A stretch of DNA of 64,000 nucleotides from a virus. Under the pieces are notes generated by a model. The model was not told the DNA's origin. It saw only the letters and a list, made by a program, of their open reading frames with translations, and made no database searches. The stretch lies in IMG/VR virus record IMGVR_UViG_3300032456_000002, positions 5,726 through 69,725 of that record; one strand, 5' to 3'. This document shows, one piece after another, positions 41,998 to 50,800 of this stretch (position 1 is its first letter; each line of letters opens with the position of its first letter). The translations under genes were made by a program, and so were the position numbers.

Positions 41998-42327
41998 ATG
42001 GCACCTAAGAAACATTGGGAGAAGCGTGTCTCTAGCAAGGATGCGGCGATCGCCCTAATTGAGGAACGCTTTGCCGCTATGGATAATAGCAGTCTGACTA
42101 TTGATTCCAGGGTGAAGATTAAAAAGTCTCCTAAGTTATTCGTCGTTCCACTAATACCAGAGCAAGCCCTTGAAGTGGGGATGCTTGTAGCGGTGCATCA
42201 TAACCCCGCTAATGCTGCCAAAGTGATCGTCATTGATGGAGACAGCATCACGGTACAACGAGGGCATCAAGAGCCTGTCACAGTGGACAGAGCAAGGCTT
42301 AAACCATTGGTTCCCTTAGCGGTTTGA
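41998..42327 (+). CDS. hypothetical protein (SH3-like C-terminus)
   Basis: ORF with GGAG RBS. Confidence 0.5.
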   Translation: MAPKKHWEKRVSSKDAAIALIEERFAAMDNSSLTIDSRVKIKKSPKLFVVPLIPEQALEVGMLVAVHHNPANAAKVIVIDGDSITVQRGHQEPVTVDRARLKPLVPLAV

Positions 42328-42361
42328 TTTTCGCATTCTCGCTAAAAGTGTAGTATTATGT

Positions 42362-42640
42362 ATGAACGAGAAACTTATAAGGGCAGCGATGAAATTCAAC
42401 TCAAGATATGAAGAGGCAAGCAGGAAAAGAGACGAGACGCTGCCTTTCGACTGGGAAGTTTACGCAGTGGAGTGTCTACCGCGAGTGGCTAGTGTGGCAA
42501 CTCATTTGAGGGTAGTTGGTGCGGTTCCGAGGCTCCTTAAGACTGGGAAGAACAAGGGGCGCAAAACATGGCGAGAAGGGGTGTTCAGGCGAGAGTTTGT
42601 TTTTGACGTTAAAGAATTTGAGAAGAGCGAAGTCGGATGA
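42362..42640 (+). CDS. hypothetical protein
   Basis: ORF directly after a promoter motif. Confidence 0.5.
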   Translation: MNEKLIRAAMKFNSRYEEASRKRDETLPFDWEVYAVECLPRVASVATHLRVVGAVPRLLKTGKNKGRKTWREGVFRREFVFDVKEFEKSEVG

Positions 42641-43041
42641 GAACGATAAGCAAGTGGGATCAAAGCTTTGGATTTGCGGATGGTTTGATCGCTTACGAAT
42701 GCGATCAAACCATTGTTGATGAGGTTGTATTCACCAGTGGCGTTAGGTTTGGGATTGTGTCTCAGACTCGTAGTGTTGTTACTGGTGATGGTGCGAGTGG
42801 GTTCTTTTTGAGTCGTTTGGTTGGGGCTAATGCCATTGATGATTCTCTTCAGTTGACCGATCGCAATTTAGGCGAACTTAACTTCAGGTGCAGGGTCGTT
42901 AGTTTTGCTGAGTTGGGGACTGTGAGGGTCTTGGTTGGGTATGGCTTGGCAAGGTTTGAGCGGCGTAGTCGGGGTAGTTCATTGGCATTTCTGCAAAGGT
43001 TTGGTCGGGAGATTGGGGTAGATCTGGAGAGGGGAGAATGA
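42637..43041 (+). CDS. hypothetical protein (possibly head closure)
   Basis: ATGA-coupled on both sides; beta-rich. Confidence 0.4.
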   Translation: MRTISKWDQSFGFADGLIAYECDQTIVDEVVFTSGVRFGIVSQTRSVVTGDGASGFFLSRLVGANAIDDSLQLTDRNLGELNFRCRVVSFAELGTVRVLVGYGLARFERRSRGSSLAFLQRFGREIGVDLERGE

Positions 43042-43955
43042 TGATCACTGCAACTAAGAAGCTCAGTCCTCTATTGCGTTGGGCTGGCGGGAAGTACAAC
43101 CAGCCAAAGATAATCAAGCGGCTTCTCGAACTTTATGAGCCGTACCGAGACAGTCATGTTTGGGTCGAACCGTTCTGCGGTGCTTTAGGGGCAACATTTC
43201 GAGTGATGCCATACCGCGCCATCCTCTCCGATAGCAACAAATGGTTGATTCGATTCTATGAAACGATTAAAGATGGGAACAACCTCAACCCTGAGTATTT
43301 TGATAAAGACTATTACGATCTTCGGAAAATCCTTCGGGGTGAAATGGCGCGGGATGGATATGGCGACTGCCTTTCTCGACCTGACTTCGCGTCTGTTTTC
43401 TACGCTGTCAATCGCAAGGGCTTCAATGGCGTGTGGCGTGTGAATGCCAGCGGAGAGTACAACGTTCCTGCGGGGAAGGATTCTCAAGGTCGCCTCTTAA
43501 CTTGCAAGATGCCTTCTGATTACGATCAATATTTTGCCGCGATGGATAAGTGGAGCTTTGACGCACAGCCCTGGCAGATGCAGCTAACACTGAAGTCGAA
43601 CTTGATGGGATTCAACCGATCGCCCAAGTTCATCTATATCGATCCACCCTATGACAATGGCTTCGTAGGCTATCAAGCTGGCGGCTTCACTTGGGACGAT
43701 CAAAAGGAATTGGCAGAGTGGGCGGCGTTGTCTCCTCATCCCGTTGTGATGTCGAATCTAGCAACGCCTAGAATTATGGAACTCTACTCTAGCCTTGGCT
43801 TCGACGTCGAAGAAGTGTCAGCCCGTCGCTCGGTCAGTCGCAATGGGGATCGGGAGAAGGTTGTTGAAATTTTGGCAACAAAAAACGTTATGACTGCCGC
43901 TAAGTTTGTTGAACGTGAATTGGGCGGCATGGTTATGGAGGTGCGATCGCGATGA
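43038..43955 (+). CDS. dam: DNA adenine methyltransferase (D12/Dam family)
   Basis: LRWAGGK, VEPFCG, FNG.WR.N..G.YNVP.G, YIDPPY. Confidence 0.92.
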   Translation: MMITATKKLSPLLRWAGGKYNQPKIIKRLLELYEPYRDSHVWVEPFCGALGATFRVMPYRAILSDSNKWLIRFYETIKDGNNLNPEYFDKDYYDLRKILRGEMARDGYGDCLSRPDFASVFYAVNRKGFNGVWRVNASGEYNVPAGKDSQGRLLTCKMPSDYDQYFAAMDKWSFDAQPWQMQLTLKSNLMGFNRSPKFIYIDPPYDNGFVGYQAGGFTWDDQKELAEWAALSPHPVVMSNLATPRIMELYSSLGFDVEEVSARRSVSRNGDREKVVEILATKNVMTAAKFVERELGGMVMEVRSR

Positions 43956-45859
43956 GCCAGCTTACTTTATTGACCACACCACAAGCGATCGCCATTCCCA
44001 CACATCCAAGGGCAAAAGATTCTGCCGATTTTCTACCCAAGTCAGCAGGCAGGAAGCAAGAGCTATTCTCGTTTCAATCCAAAATGGTGCGAGAAACATA
44101 CGACCTGATTCGTGCTAATGAGAAGCGCATCCTGTGGGTAGCAGCGCCATCTGCGGGAAAGACGCGAATCTCTGGACAAGTGATGATTGACGCTACCCAG
44201 CGGGCTAAGAAGCCGATGCGGTGTGCGTTTGTAGTGGAGATGGATGTATTGGGGCAGCAGACCTTAGAGACTTACGAAAAGTTAGGGTTAAACGCCACTC
44301 TTTATAAGGCTGACAAAAAGTTTGATATGTCTGCCCAAGTGGTAGTGATTAGCTCCCAAACCCTAGAGCAGAGGGTAAAGAAGGGGCAAAGCGTCACTGA
44401 ACTATTGGGCAACTTTGGGCTGATATTGGGCGATGAGATTCATACTCTTTCTCAGCGGGTAGGCTGGCGGCTGCTGAATGAAGCTTATGCTCCATCCTCC
44501 ACAATATTCATTGGGATGACGGGCACCCCTTGGAATGAGGGCGATCGCTCTTTATTCCATTGGTTCGACAAGGCTGTATGTGCTCCACAACCCCCAGAGT
44601 TAGTAAAGCTAGGACGGCTTGTGATTGTGCGAGGATTTAGCCCTGATGATATTTTTGCCGCCACTGACTTGAAGTGGAGTGCCAAGGATGGCGATTTTGA
44701 TTTGACGGCTCAAGAGGATGCTGCAATAAGCGATCAGAAATTACAGTTGGTAGTTGAGAAATATTTAGAGCGGGGCGAAGGAAGGACAGCGATCGCTTAT
44801 TGCTCTGGGATTCTTCATGCCAAAATGCTAACCCGCACATTCCTAGCAGCAGGGGTAGCAGCAGAATATCAGACTGGTGACACCCCTGCTGGATGGACAA
44901 AAAACAAAGATGGGCGAAACGACCAACACGACCGAATGGAGTCAGGCGAAACTAAAGTACTGTGCAGTATTGGCACTTGCACTAAAGGCTATGATGCCCC
45001 ATTTGTGAGTTGCATAATTCTGGCTAGGGCAGTGGGCAATAAGAATTTGTATCATCAGATGTCGTGCCGTGGCAACCGCGCCCATGCTTACCCTGATGGC
45101 AATATCAAAGGGGACTGTCTGCTGATAGATTTGGGTGGAAACTGCGATCGCTTTGGGCATCTACCCACTGACTATCAGGATTACTCTGCCGCATTGATGC
45201 CGCCAAAGCGCAAACAGGAAAAGACCGACGACTATTACAAGACTTGCCCAGAGTGTGGGATGGAAAAGATTCTATCGTTTGCTAAGCTCTGCCCTGGTTG
45301 TGGCTATGAATTTGGCAAGGGCAAAGACGATGAAGACACTCTATTCAATTTGGCAGACTTCCAACTCAAGGAATATTTCACTCCACTGGGCAGTCAGCAA
45401 GTCCAATTTGTTCGGAGTCATAAGGCTCGGTACTTTGCCGAGAATATTAATCCTGATAATGTGGCGAAAGAGTTTGCCGCCGAGTTTGGTTTTCAACCGC
45501 CATTGGACTGGCATCTCTGGGCAGTGTTTGGACGCAGATCTAGTAAGGAGCAAAAGGCTAGATATCATACCTACCTTCAAGGATTCGCCCCGCATGATTA
45601 CTGGCTTGATAGACACATGCGGCTAGAGTTTGGGGGTGAGGCTAAGAAGATTCCTGAGTTCCTGGCTAAGTGGCGAGATAAATGGTGGGACATTTTGGGG
45701 ATAGATAAGACTGCAACAATGGAGCAGGTCAAGTTGGCATACTTGGCTGGGGCAAAGCATTGGCACCCTGATGTTTGCAGTGACTTAAAGCATGGGACAG
45801 AGCAAATGCAGATGTTGAACGTGGCGTATGAGGAAGCTAAAAAGCTGCTTTGTGTTTAG
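43952..45859 (+). CDS. SF2 DEAD/DEAH helicase with Zn finger and C-terminal DnaJ domain
   Basis: APSAGKT, DEIH, TGTP, GYD.P, QM..RG.R; CPEC/CPGC; W..LG..WHPD..MQ.LN.AY. Confidence 0.9.
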   Translation: MSQLTLLTTPQAIAIPTHPRAKDSADFLPKSAGRKQELFSFQSKMVRETYDLIRANEKRILWVAAPSAGKTRISGQVMIDATQRAKKPMRCAFVVEMDVLGQQTLETYEKLGLNATLYKADKKFDMSAQVVVISSQTLEQRVKKGQSVTELLGNFGLILGDEIHTLSQRVGWRLLNEAYAPSSTIFIGMTGTPWNEGDRSLFHWFDKAVCAPQPPELVKLGRLVIVRGFSPDDIFAATDLKWSAKDGDFDLTAQEDAAISDQKLQLVVEKYLERGEGRTAIAYCSGILHAKMLTRTFLAAGVAAEYQTGDTPAGWTKNKDGRNDQHDRMESGETKVLCSIGTCTKGYDAPFVSCIILARAVGNKNLYHQMSCRGNRAHAYPDGNIKGDCLLIDLGGNCDRFGHLPTDYQDYSAALMPPKRKQEKTDDYYKTCPECGMEKILSFAKLCPGCGYEFGKGKDDEDTLFNLADFQLKEYFTPLGSQQVQFVRSHKARYFAENINPDNVAKEFAAEFGFQPPLDWHLWAVFGRRSSKEQKARYHTYLQGFAPHDYWLDRHMRLEFGGEAKKIPEFLAKWRDKWWDILGIDKTATMEQVKLAYLAGAKHWHPDVCSDLKHGTEQMQMLNVAYEEAKKLLCV

Positions 45860-45975
45860 CGTTCTTGCGGAAATTGAAAGCTTTAGCTTGAACGATGATA
45901 AGATTTAGGAGCGCGATCGCAGTTCTTGGGAGAGAAGAGCGATCGCTGACCACAGTACTTTAGAGAACAAAGCAA

Positions 45976-46779
45976 GTGACTAACGAAATTTTAACCGGAA
46001 CTAGCGTCAAACTGCGGTTCCTTGATATGGAGCTTGATTCTATTCGGTTGACAGAATCAAAGGAGTACCGCTTTTCTAAATCGCAAACGTTGGCGGCAAT
46101 TGGGAGAAACAGAGACTATCTAGCCGTGTTGGCGAAAAAATCCCCTAACAAGGTTCAAACCCTTACCAGCAAAGGCTTTACCTGGGTTGGCGTTAAGGTG
46201 AAATTCCATGACGGACTCCAGTATCGTCATGCTGAAACCCTTTCGCTTGCTGACGTTCGCATCTTTTGGCGTTGTGAAGATCGGTGGGGCAATCCGACCG
46301 CAGCAGATCTAATCGATATTCTTTCAGAAGATTCGTTATCCGATCGCTGCGATCAGGTATGGGGCGAAACCCGAAGTGAAGAGTCTCGGCATGAGCGCGA
46401 TCGTCGGATGTTTGACACGCCAGAAGTTTGGAGCCTGATGTTTGACCGTGAAGTTGAGTATCATCTTGCTCGGCTGTCTGGGCTTCACAAGAGAGACATT
46501 CGCAACGGGAAAATATATTGGCAATTCTTCTATCGTTGGATGACTCCCGACGAACGAGTTCAAATGGATATAGACAATCCCGTTTTATCCTGCGGACGGC
46601 GTAAATACAAGATCCATCAGTTCTTAACCCCTGAGACAAAAGCCAGGATGCAAGTTCACATTCGTGCAGTCTTTACCTTGATGAAAACCGCTAGGGATAT
46701 GACCGACTGGCGACGGTTGATGATGTGCTACGAAGGTTTTGATCAAGGCGATTTTGATTTTGAATACGAAGCCGTTTAA
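45976..46779 (+). CDS. P63C-like domain antirepressor-family protein
   Basis: close paralogue of 29212..30018. Confidence 0.75.
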   Translation: MTNEILTGTSVKLRFLDMELDSIRLTESKEYRFSKSQTLAAIGRNRDYLAVLAKKSPNKVQTLTSKGFTWVGVKVKFHDGLQYRHAETLSLADVRIFWRCEDRWGNPTAADLIDILSEDSLSDRCDQVWGETRSEESRHERDRRMFDTPEVWSLMFDREVEYHLARLSGLHKRDIRNGKIYWQFFYRWMTPDERVQMDIDNPVLSCGRRKYKIHQFLTPETKARMQVHIRAVFTLMKTARDMTDWRRLMMCYEGFDQGDFDFEYEAV

Positions 46780-46787
46780 CTAACAAC

Positions 46788-47228
46788 ATGGCGCTGTCAC
46801 TTTCGGCAGCGCCTTTCCCTTCCACCCCTTCACCAATCATGCAATCCACCCAAACTAAAACCATATCAATCTGCTTCTGGGGAAATGTACCATCCAAAAA
46901 GAATAATAAGCGCATCCTGAAGCGCGGCAAACGAACAACAATCCTGCCCAGCTTGGCTTATTGCAATTGGGAAAAGTGCGAAGTAGCAAGGCTTAAGGCT
47001 GTCTATGGATGCCCAAAACTTGTAGGCTACTCCCTTGAACTTTCCATCTACTACCCCGACAACAGGGTTAGGGATGAAGACAATACCCTAACCTCTATCA
47101 AAGACTGCCTCAAGACCGCAGGCATCACCAAAGACGACAACTGGCAAGGGCAATCCATACCACCCGTCCTTAAGTTCGTGGGCATCGATCGCCTCAACCC
47201 ACGGGTAGAAGTCCAGATTAGCTATTGA
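46788..47228 (+). CDS. rusA: RusA-like Holliday junction resolvase
   Basis: VPSKKN, RDEDN..S.KD.L..AG..KDDN, PRVEV. Confidence 0.85.
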   Translation: MALSLSAAPFPSTPSPIMQSTQTKTISICFWGNVPSKKNNKRILKRGKRTTILPSLAYCNWEKCEVARLKAVYGCPKLVGYSLELSIYYPDNRVRDEDNTLTSIKDCLKTAGITKDDNWQGQSIPPVLKFVGIDRLNPRVEVQISY

Positions 47229-47253
47229 CGTATACACGCTAAAAGTGTAGAAT
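47225..47253 (+). promoter_or_regulatory. sigma70-type promoter containing the CGCTAAAA motif
   Basis: TTGACG-17-TAGAAT. Confidence 0.7.
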
Positions 47254-47280
47254 TTTGCATAGATGCGTTAGAGAGAATTT

Positions 47281-48289
47281 ATGTTGCAAGAATATTTTAT
47301 ATCTTATGAAATGAGGACTTTCCTTGACGGCAGTGTTATGGGTACTGGTTCTTGCCTTTTTTCTTTTGAGGATGGCTGTTCTGTCCATGATTCAATAAAT
47401 CAGAAGTTAGAAGCATTAACAGATAGGGTAAACGAAGCATCCACAGTCAAGCTGGTTGTACATATTGTAGTTTTTACAAAACTTTAGGAGTTGTTTCATG
47501 TTACCCACCGAGTTGTTAGAGAGATTAAAGACAGGCGATCACCCCAGCTACAAGAGGAAAGTTAATCTCAAAGCTTTATTGAATGCTGCTAAGTGTTACG
47601 GCTATGCCCCAAAGGGGTTGCGGGGTTTTGGTAATGACGTGAACATTCGAGAGAAGACGATTGACAGGCTTGACGTAGAACATCCTGGCTGGAGAGGCTA
47701 CCCTGTGCCAGAGACAGAGGGTAAGTGCCATGCTCACTGATACAGAGTTTTCACTGCTTTTGGGACAGGAGAAGGAAGCGCTGGTGTCGCTGGTGATTCA
47801 ATTGGTGTCTAGGGTTGAGGCGTTGGAGAAGCCCCTAAGCTTACCTGAACTGCCGCCCGCTGGGCAGTATGTAATTCGGGATTCTAGTGGTGCGGTGCGG
47901 TTGATGGGGGACGAAAATAAGTTTTTGATTCGACAGGTGGAAGCGATCGCAATTCTGTTGTCATTAAGCGATCGATATGTGACGATTCAATTTTACTTGA
48001 ACAATCAAAGTCGATTGATGAGTGAGTGGAGCCGTGGGAAGATGGTAGTGAGATGCTAAAAACTCCTCAAGCGCTCTACCGACAAATGAAGCCTGACATC
48101 TTAAAGGCACTGGAAACCCATAGCGGCATCGCTGAGATACAGGAATGTGTTGGCTATGGCACAAAGAAACGTGTGACGATGGCGTTAGTGGAACTGGAGT
48201 GGGAAGGGAAGGTTTATAGCAGTGGTAGACGGAATCAACCGTCTGTTTGGAAATTGGTGGAAATAGTGGAGAGAGGGGCGATCGGCTAA
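47281..48289 (+). CDS. cluster of four small genes (47281..47487, 47498..47740, 47730..48059, 48054..48289; last is wHTH-like)
   Basis: closely spaced or overlapping ORFs after the promoter. Confidence 0.55.
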
Positions 48290-48306
48290 ACTGAAAAGAA
48301 ACCACC

Positions 48307-48774
48307 ATGCCTCCCCAGCTATCCCCACCATGCGGCTTCCATCCTAAAGTTTCTACCCTAGCCCTAGCCCTTGAGAAATACCTCACGACGCAGCCTACCA
48401 TCCGCAAGGCTGCGTTTTATGTGGCATCAGATAAGCCGGGGCAAGAGCAACGCCATGATCATAATCCTTTGGGTTGGTGGACGATGCAAGTCGTCAATGG
48501 GGATACAAAGTCAGGGTTTGATTACATTTCTAATCAGTTTGTCGATGTGCAGTTTAGATTCACTGCCAATAATGTGAACCCCATTAAGGCTCTGGCATTA
48601 CTGGAGACGATTGATGAGGCGCTGCTGACAATGAGTTGCGAATGCTTGGCTTGTGATGGGCAATATGTGACGGCAATAAGGCGATCGAGTATTACCTTGC
48701 CGGTGGTGTTCCGTCCGCAGATTCAAAGGAATAGCGCGGTGGCGTTCTATGAGTTTGCGTTGAAGCGGGGTTAG
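48307..48774 (+). CDS. putative tail terminator protein
   Basis: size and beta pattern (V.VQFRF, A..L..I..AL); weak. Confidence 0.4.
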   Translation: MPPQLSPPCGFHPKVSTLALALEKYLTTQPTIRKAAFYVASDKPGQEQRHDHNPLGWWTMQVVNGDTKSGFDYISNQFVDVQFRFTANNVNPIKALALLETIDEALLTMSCECLACDGQYVTAIRRSSITLPVVFRPQIQRNSAVAFYEFALKRG

Positions 48775-48799
48775 TGGGAAGCTGGTTTTGGTGGTGGTG

Positions 48800-49058
48800 G
48801 TGCCACTTCGCTTTATATCTCAGACCTTCTGCAACTTTTAAGAAGGAGTTGACTACGAGCGACCATCTGCCTCGCAGTGCCACTTAACTTTACATCTCCT
48901 GACTTCTGCAACCATCTTATCTTGAAAGTCGGGGAAAGAAATATTAGGGTGCCACTTAACTTTACATCTCCTACCTTCTGCAACCAAAAAGCTCGATAGC
49001 CTTGCGAACGATCTCACCCTGGGTGCCACTTCGATCAGAGCCTCCGACCTTCTGCAAC
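48800..49058 (-). CRISPR. mini CRISPR array: four 36-bp repeats and three spacers (41, 36, 38 nt), plus a degenerate repeat end at about 49084..49093 with a 25-nt spacer
   Basis: repeats at 48800..48835, 48877..48912, 48949..48984, 49023..49058; minus-strand consensus GTTGCAGAAGGTCGGAGATGTAAAGYKAAGTGGCAC with conserved ends. Confidence 0.9.
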
Positions 49059-49099
49059 CGCATGAGCCTGATGGTAGACCGGGGTGCTACATCTCAACA

Positions 49100-49271
49100 C
49101 GAAGGTTCAATCGCTTTGTGGTAGCTAGAATAAGTACTCTAAGGTTTGCGAGGTTCGGAGGATGAAAAAGAAGTAGAGAGGCAACGCCCCTAAGCCATGA
49201 CTGCTGCATTCCCGAAGGTGCGACGCTATCGTTATCCTGCTCGGCTCACAAAAGCAGTTGTCAACATTGTA
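49100..49271 (-). ncRNA. putative tracrRNA
   Basis: anti-repeat at 49144..49178 (+ strand GTTTGCGAGGTTCGGAGGATGAAAAAGAAGTAGAG resembles the minus-sense repeat); lies between effector and array; ends approximate. Confidence 0.65.
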
Positions 49272-50597
49272 TCAAGGTTCTGCCAAAATGCGATCGCCAT
49301 CCGCAGCTTTTTGTTTGAGCAATGCCCTCAATCTACCAGTCCTCAACCTTGTTACTTTTTTGTTGAATCTGGCAACCCTTTCGGCTCCATTGGGTGCATA
49401 AACAGCAGGCTCAACATCAATAGGTATCGGTTCTGGCTTGGGGATGGGCTTAGTTTTGGCGGGTTGCAGTTCAATTTCTCCATAGGTGCGAACGATGAAT
49501 GTAGATAACTTGTGAGCGTGTTGGTCTGCACCTTTCGCAATTTTCCATTCAACACGTTTGATTTGTTTTCGTAACTCTAGTTCATTCTTTGACTGCGGAA
49601 TGTGCAACCCTAATTTATTGGAACGATTCTGTCTAACGCTTTGCTTCTCCGCTAGTTTTAGTTGCAGTTTCTCCAATTGCTTCGAGAGCTTCAAATTTTC
49701 AAAGGGCTTCACCTCTTTACCTTTGTCATCCCGATAAAGCAGATTCTCAACCCTTGGAAACTCTAAAGAACATTTACGATCGCTTGGTTTGAGTTCAACT
49801 TTAGGCAATTCCCCGGTTAGCTGAAGTTGCCAAAAACCAGGAAGGTTACAAACTTTCAAAACGCAGATCTCTACGTCTGTCCAAACTTTTGCCGACTCAG
49901 GCATGACAATCAGTCCCAGACCAGGAACCCTGATTTGTCCATCTTTGACTTTAATACTTTTAGCGTCGTTACTGACTAGCGTAGACAGTCCGTTACGAAT
50001 GCCCTTAAATCTGGGTTCTCCCATTCGCCCCGACTTATGTTCCTTCCATGCGATCGCCAATGATGCCAGCGTTCCCCGGACGAAAACACTGGGTACTTTC
50101 TGTAGTTCCGCCCACTCTGGGTTCGCCTTTTGGGAGAACATCGCAGACAGGCTAAACGCTGAAGGTCTATCTAAGCGCGGCTCAACGTATGGCAGCGGCA
50201 ACGGACAGCAAGGGCGATAAGGGCGGCGGTAACTATCGAATGATGTGCATGGAGTATATGGAACGGGCACCCATTTAATTTTTGCGGCTGGCTCCACTGG
50301 CTCAAGAGGTTTATCAGTTTTCTTCTTCGCCTTTTTGCTTTTCGTTGCGCCGTTGGCAGGAATGAAACGATACTTCCAAGGAGCAATCACTATACCATCC
50401 TTATCAACCCCTCCAAAAATCGGCATTGATGGATATCTAGTTTTGTCGTACTTGTTCCAAGTGGAATAGCGATCGCACTCTAGAATAAGTTCTAGAGCCT
50501 GATTCCAAACTCTACGCAGCGCCTCAAACCATTGTTCTGTAAGTGCTAACTGAGCAGGATCTAATTTGATTGTGTAAGTTATAGTTTTCATATCCAT
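49272..50597 (-). CDS. TnpB-derived type V (C2c8/V-U2-like) effector, predicted nuclease-dead and truncated
   Basis: MKT..Y.I..Q..W..LR.VWN, PRFK, VPGLG, HKLSTF.VRTY, Y.PNGA; RuvC-I GID is SLE, RuvC-II E is Q; no Zn finger or RuvC-III. Confidence 0.85.
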   Translation of the reverse strand: MDMKTITYTIKLDPAQLALTEQWFEALRRVWNQALELILECDRYSTWNKYDKTRYPSMPIFGGVDKDGIVIAPWKYRFIPANGATKSKKAKKKTDKPLEPVEPAAKIKWVPVPYTPCTSFDSYRRPYRPCCPLPLPYVEPRLDRPSAFSLSAMFSQKANPEWAELQKVPSVFVRGTLASLAIAWKEHKSGRMGEPRFKGIRNGLSTLVSNDAKSIKVKDGQIRVPGLGLIVMPESAKVWTDVEICVLKVCNLPGFWQLQLTGELPKVELKPSDRKCSLEFPRVENLLYRDDKGKEVKPFENLKLSKQLEKLQLKLAEKQSVRQNRSNKLGLHIPQSKNELELRKQIKRVEWKIAKGADQHAHKLSTFIVRTYGEIELQPAKTKPIPKPEPIPIDVEPAVYAPNGAERVARFNKKVTRLRTGRLRALLKQKAADGDRILAEP

Positions 50598-50689
50598 CGC
50601 CTAGTAATAATAGGTTAGTGGTTAGCATAGCTGAGTAGATTGAAGTCTATCAGCTATGCGTTTGAGATTCACTGCGAAATGGGCTGGAT

Positions 50690-50800
50690 CTATTCTCCGA
50701 TCAGCTTTTGGCGATCGCCATTGGTCAATAATCGATAGGCTTCATCTAGGAATTCTTTGGGGACATATTCAGCCGTTACGGTTCGAGGCGTTTGAGCGAT
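50690..50800 (-). pseudogene. orphan antirepressor C-terminus (..NGDRQKLIGE*)
   Basis: same terminal peptide and near-identical DNA as the end of 8583..9407; out of frame with the upstream gene. Confidence 0.7.

Noticed and set aside
49272-50597. Ordinary IS605 TnpB or a CAST (Cas12k) locus
   Set aside because: No IS end hairpins, tnpA or tnsB/C/tniQ adjacent; an array and anti-repeat follow instead
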